IMG/VR virus record: IMGVR_UViG_3300031825_000171
Span: 1 to 53,682 of that record
DNA length: 53,682 bases
Direction: 5' to 3' (one strand)
Source of the DNA: a virus
Taxonomy: Duplodnaviria > Caudoviricetes
A program made the translations under genes and the position numbers. The notes under the pieces were generated by a model. The model worked only from the letters and a program-made list of their open reading frames with translations, made no database searches and was not told the DNA's origin. Positions 1-7,778 of the stretch are shown here, one piece after another (the stretch's first letter is position 1; the number at the start of each line of letters is the position of its first letter).

Positions 1-126
1 AATACGGGAGCTTGCTTGTGTGCTAGGCTATCCATGCTGCGTACGCGGCGGGAGGGCCTTCGCTTGGCATCGCTCGTTGATGCTGGGGGCCGCGACGGTT
101 GCACCCGTTGCGGTCGCCCTCTCTTT
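1..126. repeat. Exact 126-nt repeat of 43310-43435
   Basis: Base-by-base comparison; first mismatch at 127 (a) vs 43436 (t). Confidence 0.95.
33..126 (+). ncRNA. Structured small RNA, sRNA-Xcc1-like
   Basis: Extended -10 TGcTAGGCT (21-29); three hairpins needing G-U pairs on + strand, the last followed by CTCTCTTT; family resemblance is from memory. Confidence 0.5.
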
Positions 127-137
127 ATTTCGGTTTC

Positions 138-146
138 TGGTAAAGT
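138..146 (+). promoter_or_regulatory. Extended -10 promoter for methyltransferase moron
   Basis: CTGGTAAAGT retained in both alleles (also 43452-43461) within otherwise diverged spacer. Confidence 0.45.
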
Positions 147-171
147 TCTCATTCACAAACAAGGATGACAA

Positions 172-1017
172 ATGGACTTGCGCCTGAACATTGAAACCAC
201 GGAGCAGATCAACCAAGCTGCGAACGTGCTGAACTACCAGCCGTTCATACTCTCAGACGATCTGCAAACAGGCGTTGCCTATTCGTGGCAGTACGCCAAA
301 GACCCGAGAGTTAGTCCACCGCTCGTCTTTCGCAGAAAAGACTATTTAGAGCAGGAATGGATCAGCGTGTCCCAGTCGAACGCGCGCCTGCGGTCGATGT
401 ATGAGGATTTGCTCGATGAGGTCTCTGCGCGCTTCACCGGGGGATCGCTGCTCGACGTTGCTTGCAACAACGGGTATTTCCCCGTAGGCGCTGAACTCCG
501 GGGCATGCGTGGCGTCGGCATGGACTTGGGCGACTATAGCGCCGCTGTCGCAACACTCAACACCATCCTCGGGACGAGGGCTAAGTTCCTACATCGCCAT
601 TACGACTCCATCACGCACGTCCTACCCATCGGTGAGCAATTCGATGTCGTCGTTGCGTCCGCGATCATGTGCCATCTGCCGGACCCGCTGCATTTCCTCG
701 CGGCGCTGGGAAAGATCGCTCACAAGGCGATTCTGTTCTGGGGCCAGATGGTCGATACCGACGAATTGCTTGTGGCCTACAGCCCGCCGCACGCCAACCT
801 TTCGTCCCTGACCGAATTCCCGGTGTGCTTTAATGACAACACTCGGATAAGTCGCGGGCTGTTCGAGCAGTCCATGAAGCTCATGGGATTTCGTGAGATC
901 ATCGAAATTCCGCCGCGCGACACTTGGGTGCTGGGGTTGCACGAGAGCCGAGGCATTCCACTCGACCAAGAGATTAAGACTGGGTCGCGTCATGTCGCGC
1001 TTCTCGCCATGCGTTGA
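172..1017 (+). CDS. Class I SAM-dependent methyltransferase (moron, allele A)
   Basis: LLDVACNNGYF motif I, FDVVV, CHLPDP; opposite strand to late operon. Confidence 0.85.
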   Translation: MDLRLNIETTEQINQAANVLNYQPFILSDDLQTGVAYSWQYAKDPRVSPPLVFRRKDYLEQEWISVSQSNARLRSMYEDLLDEVSARFTGGSLLDVACNNGYFPVGAELRGMRGVGMDLGDYSAAVATLNTILGTRAKFLHRHYDSITHVLPIGEQFDVVVASAIMCHLPDPLHFLAALGKIAHKAILFWGQMVDTDELLVAYSPPHANLSSLTEFPVCFNDNTRISRGLFEQSMKLMGFREIIEIPPRDTWVLGLHESRGIPLDQEIKTGSRHVALLAMR

Positions 1018-1470
1018 TCATATTATCAGCGTCGGAAGTTCCGCTATAAGGTCCGTTTCCGTGGGAATGGTTCTCGTCCCGGCCTGCACATCCGCGAGAA
1101 TCTGATAGCACGCATCCCAAACGAGGGAGCGCCATTTCCGCATTGCCCGCCCCTCTGTCTGGAACTTCGTCACCGCAGGCTCGTCGGCGTAGGTGACCGC
1201 AGTAAAGATGCTGTCGTAGCCCTTTTCTCTCGCCGCTGAATCGAGATGCGCTTGCACAACATCCATTAGTCGCGCCTGAACTTGAGCTTCGCTAGGCGGA
1301 TCGATCACAACGCTCCGAGCGGCGTCGAAGTGGCAATTCGGCTGATTGTCGATATAGGTCTGCCACGCCACGTTACTCACTTCCTCCGCGCCCTCGGGGA
1401 TGGACGATACATCGTCCGAGTAGAAGGCCGATGCCTTTCCGTTCGCGTCGATTACAGCGTATCGTTTCAT
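1018..1470 (-). CDS. Tail fibre assembly/chaperone protein
   Basis: Follows fibre; AFYSDD N-terminus; HLD..A.EKGYDSI..A.TYA and WRSLVW motifs. Confidence 0.75.
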   Translation of the reverse strand: MKRYAVIDANGKASAFYSDDVSSIPEGAEEVSNVAWQTYIDNQPNCHFDAARSVVIDPPSEAQVQARLMDVVQAHLDSAAREKGYDSIFTAVTYADEPAVTKFQTEGRAMRKWRSLVWDACYQILADVQAGTRTIPTETDLIAELPTLII

Positions 1471-1471
1471 G

Positions 1472-2320
1472 TTATTGGCCTATGGCGATGTAAAAAATGG
1501 CCGGGGTTCCTGAGGACACGGTAGCCGTGAATCCGGTCGTGGAAATCCCGGAGCATTGCGGAGACGACGGATTTGTCGAGTTGCTGCATACCGCGACAAC
1601 GGAATAACATGCCGATGCGAACGCTGTCGGGAATGTGATGACTACGCCGGTCGTGCCGGAGGTTCCAGTGCCCCACTGAATAATCAAGCCGCCCGGCAGT
1701 TTCATGTACCCGCTTGATGCGAGCGACTTGCTGGACGCCAGCCCTGAAGAAGTAACCGCCCGCGTCGCATCGCTTCCAGCAAGCGCTTCTGCTCCGGTCG
1801 CAATTTCGAGCAGTCCGCGAGACGTGTCAGTAGCCTGCACCGATACGTCTGCGATAGTGTTGTACCCATTCCCGGAAGCATTGACCGCGAAGGTCGCAGC
1901 AGACCCTGAAACTAGAGTTACGTTCGATGCCGCTCCGTCTATCGTGTCGCCCACAGTGACACGGCCTACAGTTATTGAGACGGCGGCGTTATTTCGTATC
2001 GTGACGATGTACCCATTCGCCATCGTCGCCGCATCGCCAAGGGAAATCGTAAACGTGGTCGTGACTGAGGATGGGACTTCAAGAGTCCTTTGATGATCGC
2101 CGGCTACCGTGGAATCGGTCGTGGTTACGAGGCGAGCGGTTGTATCGAGGGCGGTTACTAACTTTGAATTGATCCCCTCTATAGCAGCCTTGAACGGATC
2201 GGCTAGCTTGGTTTTTATCGTGCTCCACTTGACCTGATTGGATGCGGCTGTAGAGCCGTCATCTGCTGGGGGCGCGGAGTTATAACCGGAAATACTTGTT
2301 GAAGAATATTTAGTTCCCAT
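1472..2320 (-). CDS. Tail fibre (short allele) with gp53-like C-terminal domain
   Basis: GYMKLPGGLIIQWG..FPTAF motif; Ser/Thr rich. Confidence 0.85.
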   Translation of the reverse strand: MGTKYSSTSISGYNSAPPADDGSTAASNQVKWSTIKTKLADPFKAAIEGINSKLVTALDTTARLVTTTDSTVAGDHQRTLEVPSSVTTTFTISLGDAATMANGYIVTIRNNAAVSITVGRVTVGDTIDGAASNVTLVSGSAATFAVNASGNGYNTIADVSVQATDTSRGLLEIATGAEALAGSDATRAVTSSGLASSKSLASSGYMKLPGGLIIQWGTGTSGTTGVVITFPTAFASACYSVVAVCSNSTNPSSPQCSGISTTGFTATVSSGTPAIFYIAIGQ

Positions 2321-2343
2321 CTGTTATCCTTGTTATTGGGAAT

Positions 2344-2368
2344 AAAAAAACCGCCCGGAGGCGGCTTT
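2344..2368 (-). terminator. Rho-independent terminator after ejection genes
   Basis: Minus strand AAAGCCGCC-TCCG-GGCGG-TTTTTTT; identical at 45871-45895. Confidence 0.8.
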
Positions 2369-2518
2369 ATGAGATTTATTAAAGCTTTTATTGGTGCGGT
2401 GATACTTGCTGCGGTACTTACGGCACTGTTGCCGTTCCTGCCGTTCTGGCCGTGGGTAATTGTCCTGTTTCTTGTTCTCTTGATGCGAGTCCCGCCAAGT
2501 ACGAAGCAGCCCGAATAG
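2369..2518 (+). CDS. 49-aa membrane peptide antisense to ejection gene (allele A)
   Basis: GGAGG 7 nt before ATG; MRFIKAFIGAVILAAVLTALLPFLPFWPWVIVLFLVLLMR; positional counterpart at 45896. Confidence 0.7.
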   Translation: MRFIKAFIGAVILAAVLTALLPFLPFWPWVIVLFLVLLMRVPPSTKQPE

Positions 2519-4442
2519 TTGTTTCTGTGGGCTTGTCGTAACGCCCGAGAACGATCAAGGCTCTACGGCCTTCTGGCGTCAGTGATGCTTTTGCTACTGT
2601 TTTAGGGGCGATCATCGCGGCAGGTAGGCCGGCCATACCCCGTATCGTGAATACCCTTTTGACGGCGTCCCAAGCCATCAAAAGCGGAGCGGTAGGGGAG
2701 CCTTCCGTAAATCCCCTGTAGGCGATCCGCTCCAAAGCCTCACCTACCGCTTTTAGTTCCCCCCTCGCCTCACTGTTCCCGAAGATCACATTAAACTTTG
2801 CGCCTTCCGGCATGGCGTCTATGAACTTCGCGGCGGAGAAGTTAGGCGAACTAGGATTGCGCTTAGACGGAGCTATGATGGCGTTCTCTATGGCTCTCTC
2901 GATGAAATAACGCCGCGTCTGGGGTATAAGCTCAGGGTTGGCCCTATTGAGCATGTTCACCGTTTGCGATACTTCCGTGGGCTTGAGCTTTACTAGGAAG
3001 TCCGCGACACGTTCGGGCGAACGATCACCAGCGCCGAGGTACTTTCCTATTACAGAGTCCTCAAGCTTGTTAATCGCTGCGGAGTTTGCCCGGTAGTTAT
3101 CCCTAGCGGCTTTGAGCAGTTGTGCGGCATTTCCCTGACCACCGGCTACCGCTTCGTCCAAGTCAGACAAAACCCCCTTAACCAAGCGAGACGCAATCAT
3201 TCTCTGCTGCGCCTTGTCTATGTCCTTGAAGATTTGCCCCGTCCCGGCAGACGCTTTGCCGTAAACCTCAAGCAGCCTGCTCGCCTCATTGGCTGTCAGT
3301 GACGGAGCATCAGGGGCAATAGTCTTAAACCCGCCGTTCTCCCATCCCGCCCAAACCTGTTTAGCCTGCGGCTCTGTTTTTCCGTAGTGCGTCTTAACAA
3401 CACCCGCAAGGTTGTCCTTCATGCCCTTCAGCCGATTAACCAGGGAAGCGGTAGCATCCCCGCCGCCAGGAACGTCTAACTCCTGTATTAGCCCGTCTAT
3501 CGTGGATGTGAGATTCTTGGTTGGTATGACTTTCGCATTCCCAGCGGCCGCATCTACAGCATCGAAATCGGCCGCAGCCTGAGAGCGTCGAATCTTGACC
3601 GCTCCGTTTACAGCATCATCAAAGGCGCTTCCCAGAATTGTTCCCATGCGAACATCGCTCACCTTGTTGGGCGTGATGTCGTCCATGATCTTATTGAGAC
3701 GCTGAACAGAGGCTGATACCTGATTAGCGCCAAACTCCTGAAACTTTCTTGCAGAGAATGGGTTCTTCGCCGCCATTCCTTCCACCATCATCGTCGCCTC
3801 GTCTCCGGTCTGCTGCCCCAGTGAAAGCGGTATTTTGGTTTCTCTGGAAATCTCGGCACCGCGATTTGCGTAATCGGTCGCAAGGGTTTTTTGAGTGGAC
3901 CGAGCAACCATGTTTTTAGGAACATTCCGGCCGGCGGTTAATGCGAAATCCAGTACCGCAGGTAGAATGGCTCCGGTTGCCTTACCGACATCTCCGCCCG
4001 ACTGTTCGCCTATCGCTGAGCCAGCGGCAGAAAGGCCGGTCATTACGGCGTTTCTAACCGTTCCCAGCCCCCCGCTGACGGCACTGTTGCCCACAACCTC
4101 GCCAACGGTGCCTGCGGCCCTATCTGCCTCATTCTGAGGGCTTGCCTGCACTCTGGAGGTCGTAGGCCGTGAGAGACGTTCAGTTAATTGGCGAATGATC
4201 GGCGCAAAGGGACCGGCGAACATTCCGGTACCGAGGTTGTTGAACATTTCTCCGACTTGAGACGCGCCACGAAAAACACCCTTTGCGCCTTCTGCAACTA
4301 CGCCAGATACCGATGCTACCGGCTTCTCTTGCGGAGTTTCCTTTGCGATCTTGTAGGCTGCGGCTACGGTCTCAAACTCAGGCGTACCCTTCTTATCCTG
4401 ATTGCTGACAATCCATTGTGCGTATTCTTCAGCAGTCGCCAT
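2418..4442 (-). CDS. Internal virion/DNA ejection protein 3 (allele A)
   Basis: Third of three large Ala/Gly-rich helical proteins between nozzle and fibre (P22 gp7/20/16 synteny). Confidence 0.7.
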   Translation of the reverse strand: MATAEEYAQWIVSNQDKKGTPEFETVAAAYKIAKETPQEKPVASVSGVVAEGAKGVFRGASQVGEMFNNLGTGMFAGPFAPIIRQLTERLSRPTTSRVQASPQNEADRAAGTVGEVVGNSAVSGGLGTVRNAVMTGLSAAGSAIGEQSGGDVGKATGAILPAVLDFALTAGRNVPKNMVARSTQKTLATDYANRGAEISRETKIPLSLGQQTGDEATMMVEGMAAKNPFSARKFQEFGANQVSASVQRLNKIMDDITPNKVSDVRMGTILGSAFDDAVNGAVKIRRSQAAADFDAVDAAAGNAKVIPTKNLTSTIDGLIQELDVPGGGDATASLVNRLKGMKDNLAGVVKTHYGKTEPQAKQVWAGWENGGFKTIAPDAPSLTANEASRLLEVYGKASAGTGQIFKDIDKAQQRMIASRLVKGVLSDLDEAVAGGQGNAAQLLKAARDNYRANSAAINKLEDSVIGKYLGAGDRSPERVADFLVKLKPTEVSQTVNMLNRANPELIPQTRRYFIERAIENAIIAPSKRNPSSPNFSAAKFIDAMPEGAKFNVIFGNSEARGELKAVGEALERIAYRGFTEGSPTAPLLMAWDAVKRVFTIRGMAGLPAAMIAPKTVAKASLTPEGRRALIVLGRYDKPTETTIRAASYLAGLASREQETGQLPTARTAGTATVP

Positions 4443-5842
4443 TACTGCCCCCTTAGGATGGCGTCAGCTTGATCACGTATGGACCCGCTAGCCTGTGCGG
4501 GCTTAGAGCGAAACTCCCCTTTAAGTGATTTCTTCTCATCATCAAACGACTTCATGCGGTTGCCGGTTTCCTGACGGATTATCTCTATAACCTTCTTAAC
4601 CTGCTCTTTGGTCTGTGCAGATGCTAGCAATGCCTCAACCTTCTTAATCTCACCCTCTGCGGTTTGAGCGCCACCAGCGGTCGCACTGCTAAGAATCTTG
4701 GCGTATTCATTAACGACCGTCTTAATCGCGAGATCGAGCGCTGCCACGTCAGGATCGCCAAGAATGGTCTTCTTGCCGGCGAGAATCCATTTATTAAGAA
4801 TAGGAGAGCCTGTACGGTCTAGCTTGTCAGATAATTGCAACGCAAGATCGGCGTTCTTCTGCAGCGTTCGTTCAAACGCTCCGACCTGTGCGGCTTGGCG
4901 TGATATTTGAGAAAGTGCTACAGACGTAGCGCGTCCAGAGATTTGGCGTATGCGGGCTTCCTCTGCCGTGTTGCCTTGCGCTTTCGCCTGCTCCGCTGCA
5001 CGATTCAGAATCTTAGCCGTGTTTATAGACCCCTGCGTACCTCGCCCCAAGTTGGGAGGGAGCGTGCCGTCTATCGCATAGCGTTGTGCAGCAGCGTCTA
5101 TCGCTTCAGTCGAAAGCCCAGACTGCGTTACACCTTCAGCGCTCGGCACCTTCTCCATCTGCCCGGTGGACTTGTTGAGTCCTATAAAACCTCCGTTTCC
5201 GTCAGGCTGCACGTTCGTATATTTGCTAGCGCCGCCAGTAACGACTACGGGGGCCACTGAACGAGCAAACTTCGGTCCTTTCCCTATTTCTTTCCAAGTC
5301 CCATCTTGTACGTATTCCTGCGTTACCTCTTGGTCGCCTACCTGAATCTTACGAACAGTTCCAACCACCGGCTTTTTCATCTGCTCGGGCGCAGTAACCA
5401 AAGGAGTGCCGTCAGCGTTGTATCGTGTATTCCCAAGCGTAAATCCACCTTCTGTTTTCATCTTGAGCAAGTCGGCAGGGGATGCGAACTGCATAGCGAC
5501 TGCCCGTTGCTTTGCGGGATCGTTTCCAGCCGCCGTCATTGCGGACTCGAACGCTTGTTTCCTTCGCACCTCGCCAGCGGCCTTCTGAGCCGCCAGGCTG
5601 GGTCCGCCGAGCAATTCCGGGGGCACGTTAATACCACGAGCCGACAACGCAGCAGCGGCCTTCTCAGGGGCGATAGAGCCGCTTTCAACCTGCTTTGCCA
5701 GTTGCTGCACGAGGAGTTGTGCCTGTTGAGCTTGCAGGGTGCGGTTCTTTTGATCTTCTTCTATGTTGGCCGCTTGTATCTTGGGATTCAACACCCCAGC
5801 AGCCGAACGCAGTCCGCCGGCCAGTTCATCAAGGTAAGCCAT
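4442..5842 (-). CDS. Internal virion/DNA ejection protein 2 (allele A)
   Basis: Synteny, composition, TAATG coupling. Confidence 0.7.
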   Translation of the reverse strand: MAYLDELAGGLRSAAGVLNPKIQAANIEEDQKNRTLQAQQAQLLVQQLAKQVESGSIAPEKAAAALSARGINVPPELLGGPSLAAQKAAGEVRRKQAFESAMTAAGNDPAKQRAVAMQFASPADLLKMKTEGGFTLGNTRYNADGTPLVTAPEQMKKPVVGTVRKIQVGDQEVTQEYVQDGTWKEIGKGPKFARSVAPVVVTGGASKYTNVQPDGNGGFIGLNKSTGQMEKVPSAEGVTQSGLSTEAIDAAAQRYAIDGTLPPNLGRGTQGSINTAKILNRAAEQAKAQGNTAEEARIRQISGRATSVALSQISRQAAQVGAFERTLQKNADLALQLSDKLDRTGSPILNKWILAGKKTILGDPDVAALDLAIKTVVNEYAKILSSATAGGAQTAEGEIKKVEALLASAQTKEQVKKVIEIIRQETGNRMKSFDDEKKSLKGEFRSKPAQASGSIRDQADAILRGQ

Positions 5843-7257
5843 TAGCGCCCCAATACGTTGGTTTGTTGCGGACGAAGACCGCCGGCCAGAGCGTAAAGCG
5901 CGGAGCCATACAGATTGTTCTTGAGCTCGCGTTCCTTGGCCTGTGCGTCCAGCAGCTTGGAGGCAACGCCGGATTGCAGGGTGAGTTGGTTATTCATCCC
6001 CGTCCCGAGAATATCCGCCCTGCCCCTGTCCCTTACCGTGTTGTAGTTGGTCAGATCCATGTTGCCGAAGCTCGACCCCGATACGCCACGGTCTTGCAGG
6101 CTTTGAGTAAGCCGCCCGTAACCTTGAGCCGTCGTTTCGTCGTAAGGATCGGTGAGAGACTTGAGATAAGGGGACTGATTACCCTGAAGTCCGTTATAGA
6201 TGCTGTCCAGCTTGGAGGTATCGAACGGGCCTTGATTCTTGGCATAGTTGATCGCTGCGAGAGACGGGGCGACAGCGAGGGTGCTTCCTAATAGGTCTTT
6301 CCCGCTACCTAGCAGTCCGCTCAGAAAATTAGATGACCCGCCCGAGTTTAATTCCCCGCTTAAGAGAGACTTCAGTGAGGAAAGCCCGCCTGGCAAAGAC
6401 CCGCCATTCATTAATGTATTTATCTGATCGAGTATGGTTCCCGTTCCAGAGGCGGACGTGCCGAATGGAATAGCCCCGTAGTCTCCGCTAATAGCCCCCA
6501 TGCTTTGCAACGCAGGACTTGCATCGATCGCAGCCCAATTTATAGATCCGTCAGCGTTCAACCCACCGAGACTGTCCGCCCACTGCTGAACGTCAGTAAG
6601 CCCGGAATTTCCAACGCTGTTACCCAGAATGTCATCGAAGAATCCCACATTACCCCCACTGCCGGCTGCACCGCTAAGTGCCCCCGCATCAGCCGCCATT
6701 CCTCCGGCATAGCCCGCCCCACCCTCTGCGGACACCCATCCAGCACCGGCACCCTCACCACCAGCAGCACCACCAGCGGCCGCACCAGCCGCTGCACCAA
6801 ATCCAGCGAGAATAGCCCCAAGGGCAAGTTTGCTCGTCCAGTGATCGGGCTCAGCAGTACCGAAATCAAACGGGTTTTGCTGCGCAGTCGTCTCGCCTTT
6901 ATAGAAACGCTGTCCGGTTCTCGGGTCAGTTTCCCACTGACCGTTACCGTATTGATAACGGTAGTAGTCATCGAGTGTTCTAATGCCCCTGCGCTGCGCT
7001 TCCTGACTGCGATCTAAGACGCTCTGATTAAGCCCGTTCGTGAGCTCAGGGACGTATCCCGCCTGAGTAGCGGCATCAAGGAATGCTCGTTGTTGAGCTT
7101 GGTAAAGATCGAAATCTTCGGTATTGATGCGCTGGCGCCCTTCATCTGTCGGACTAAACCAGCGGCCGGATTCGTCCTGAAACGCGCCGGGATTGGCCAT
7201 AGCCAGTAGGTCTTGCATCGTGTACTGACTCGGGAGCCTAAGGTCTGAAAGAGCCAT
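5842..7257 (-). CDS. Internal virion/DNA ejection protein 1 (allele A)
   Basis: Gly/Ala-rich hydrophobic block, RGVSGSS motif; synteny. Confidence 0.7.
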   Translation of the reverse strand: MALSDLRLPSQYTMQDLLAMANPGAFQDESGRWFSPTDEGRQRINTEDFDLYQAQQRAFLDAATQAGYVPELTNGLNQSVLDRSQEAQRRGIRTLDDYYRYQYGNGQWETDPRTGQRFYKGETTAQQNPFDFGTAEPDHWTSKLALGAILAGFGAAAGAAAGGAAGGEGAGAGWVSAEGGAGYAGGMAADAGALSGAAGSGGNVGFFDDILGNSVGNSGLTDVQQWADSLGGLNADGSINWAAIDASPALQSMGAISGDYGAIPFGTSASGTGTILDQINTLMNGGSLPGGLSSLKSLLSGELNSGGSSNFLSGLLGSGKDLLGSTLAVAPSLAAINYAKNQGPFDTSKLDSIYNGLQGNQSPYLKSLTDPYDETTAQGYGRLTQSLQDRGVSGSSFGNMDLTNYNTVRDRGRADILGTGMNNQLTLQSGVASKLLDAQAKERELKNNLYGSALYALAGGLRPQQTNVLGR

Positions 7258-7778
7258 TAGTTCCCCCTCCCGCGGACGGAGTACAGGTATTCGCTCTCGT
7301 CAGACTGCCCGAGGAAATACAGCAGCTCATAGAGCTTGAGATGGTCAGGTAGTGTCATTTTTTCTTTTTGTGTCCTGACGAGGATGATTCCGGTTTTCTT
7401 GGAGCCGCGCAGCATGTTCAAAAACGCCACGCTCCCCCTGAGTGTGTTTCTCCTGCTCGCCCACTTGAAGAACACGCCCTTTACCTCAACGATCATCCCG
7501 ATCGTGTTCGTGCCCATTAATGCTATCGGTCCATGACCTGACGAAAAGCTTTTGTTCTTGTCGTCAATGATCCACGTCTGCTGATACGGACTTTCTTCTA
7601 TGGCTTTAACAAATTCCTCTTGTGAAAGACCTTGAGGAATGGGGAAGGAACCAGCCTTATAAGCGGCCCAGAGAATCCCCATGTCCTTCGAGTATTGCTC
7701 GCCATCGAGTATTTCCAGATGACGTATAACTGGCCTTCCTGACTTAAAAAGTCGTTCCCTGCGTTCCTTGGGCGTCAA
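7257..7778 (-). CDS. Virion assembly protein (position of GNAT-like T7 gp13/P22 gp14)
   Basis: Between nozzle and ejection genes; conserved in second allele. Confidence 0.5.
   Translation of the reverse strand: MTPKERRERLFKSGRPVIRHLEILDGEQYSKDMGILWAAYKAGSFPIPQGLSQEEFVKAIEESPYQQTWIIDDKNKSFSSGHGPIALMGTNTIGMIVEVKGVFFKWASRRNTLRGSVAFLNMLRGSKKTGIILVRTQKEKMTLPDHLKLYELLYFLGQSDESEYLYSVRGRGN

Noticed and set aside
1472-2320. Diversity-generating retroelement acting on the fibre or repeat genes
   Set aside because: No reverse transcriptase ORF and no TR/VR pair differing only at adenines; some repeat variation (AAC/AAG, CGG/TGG) is at non-A positions
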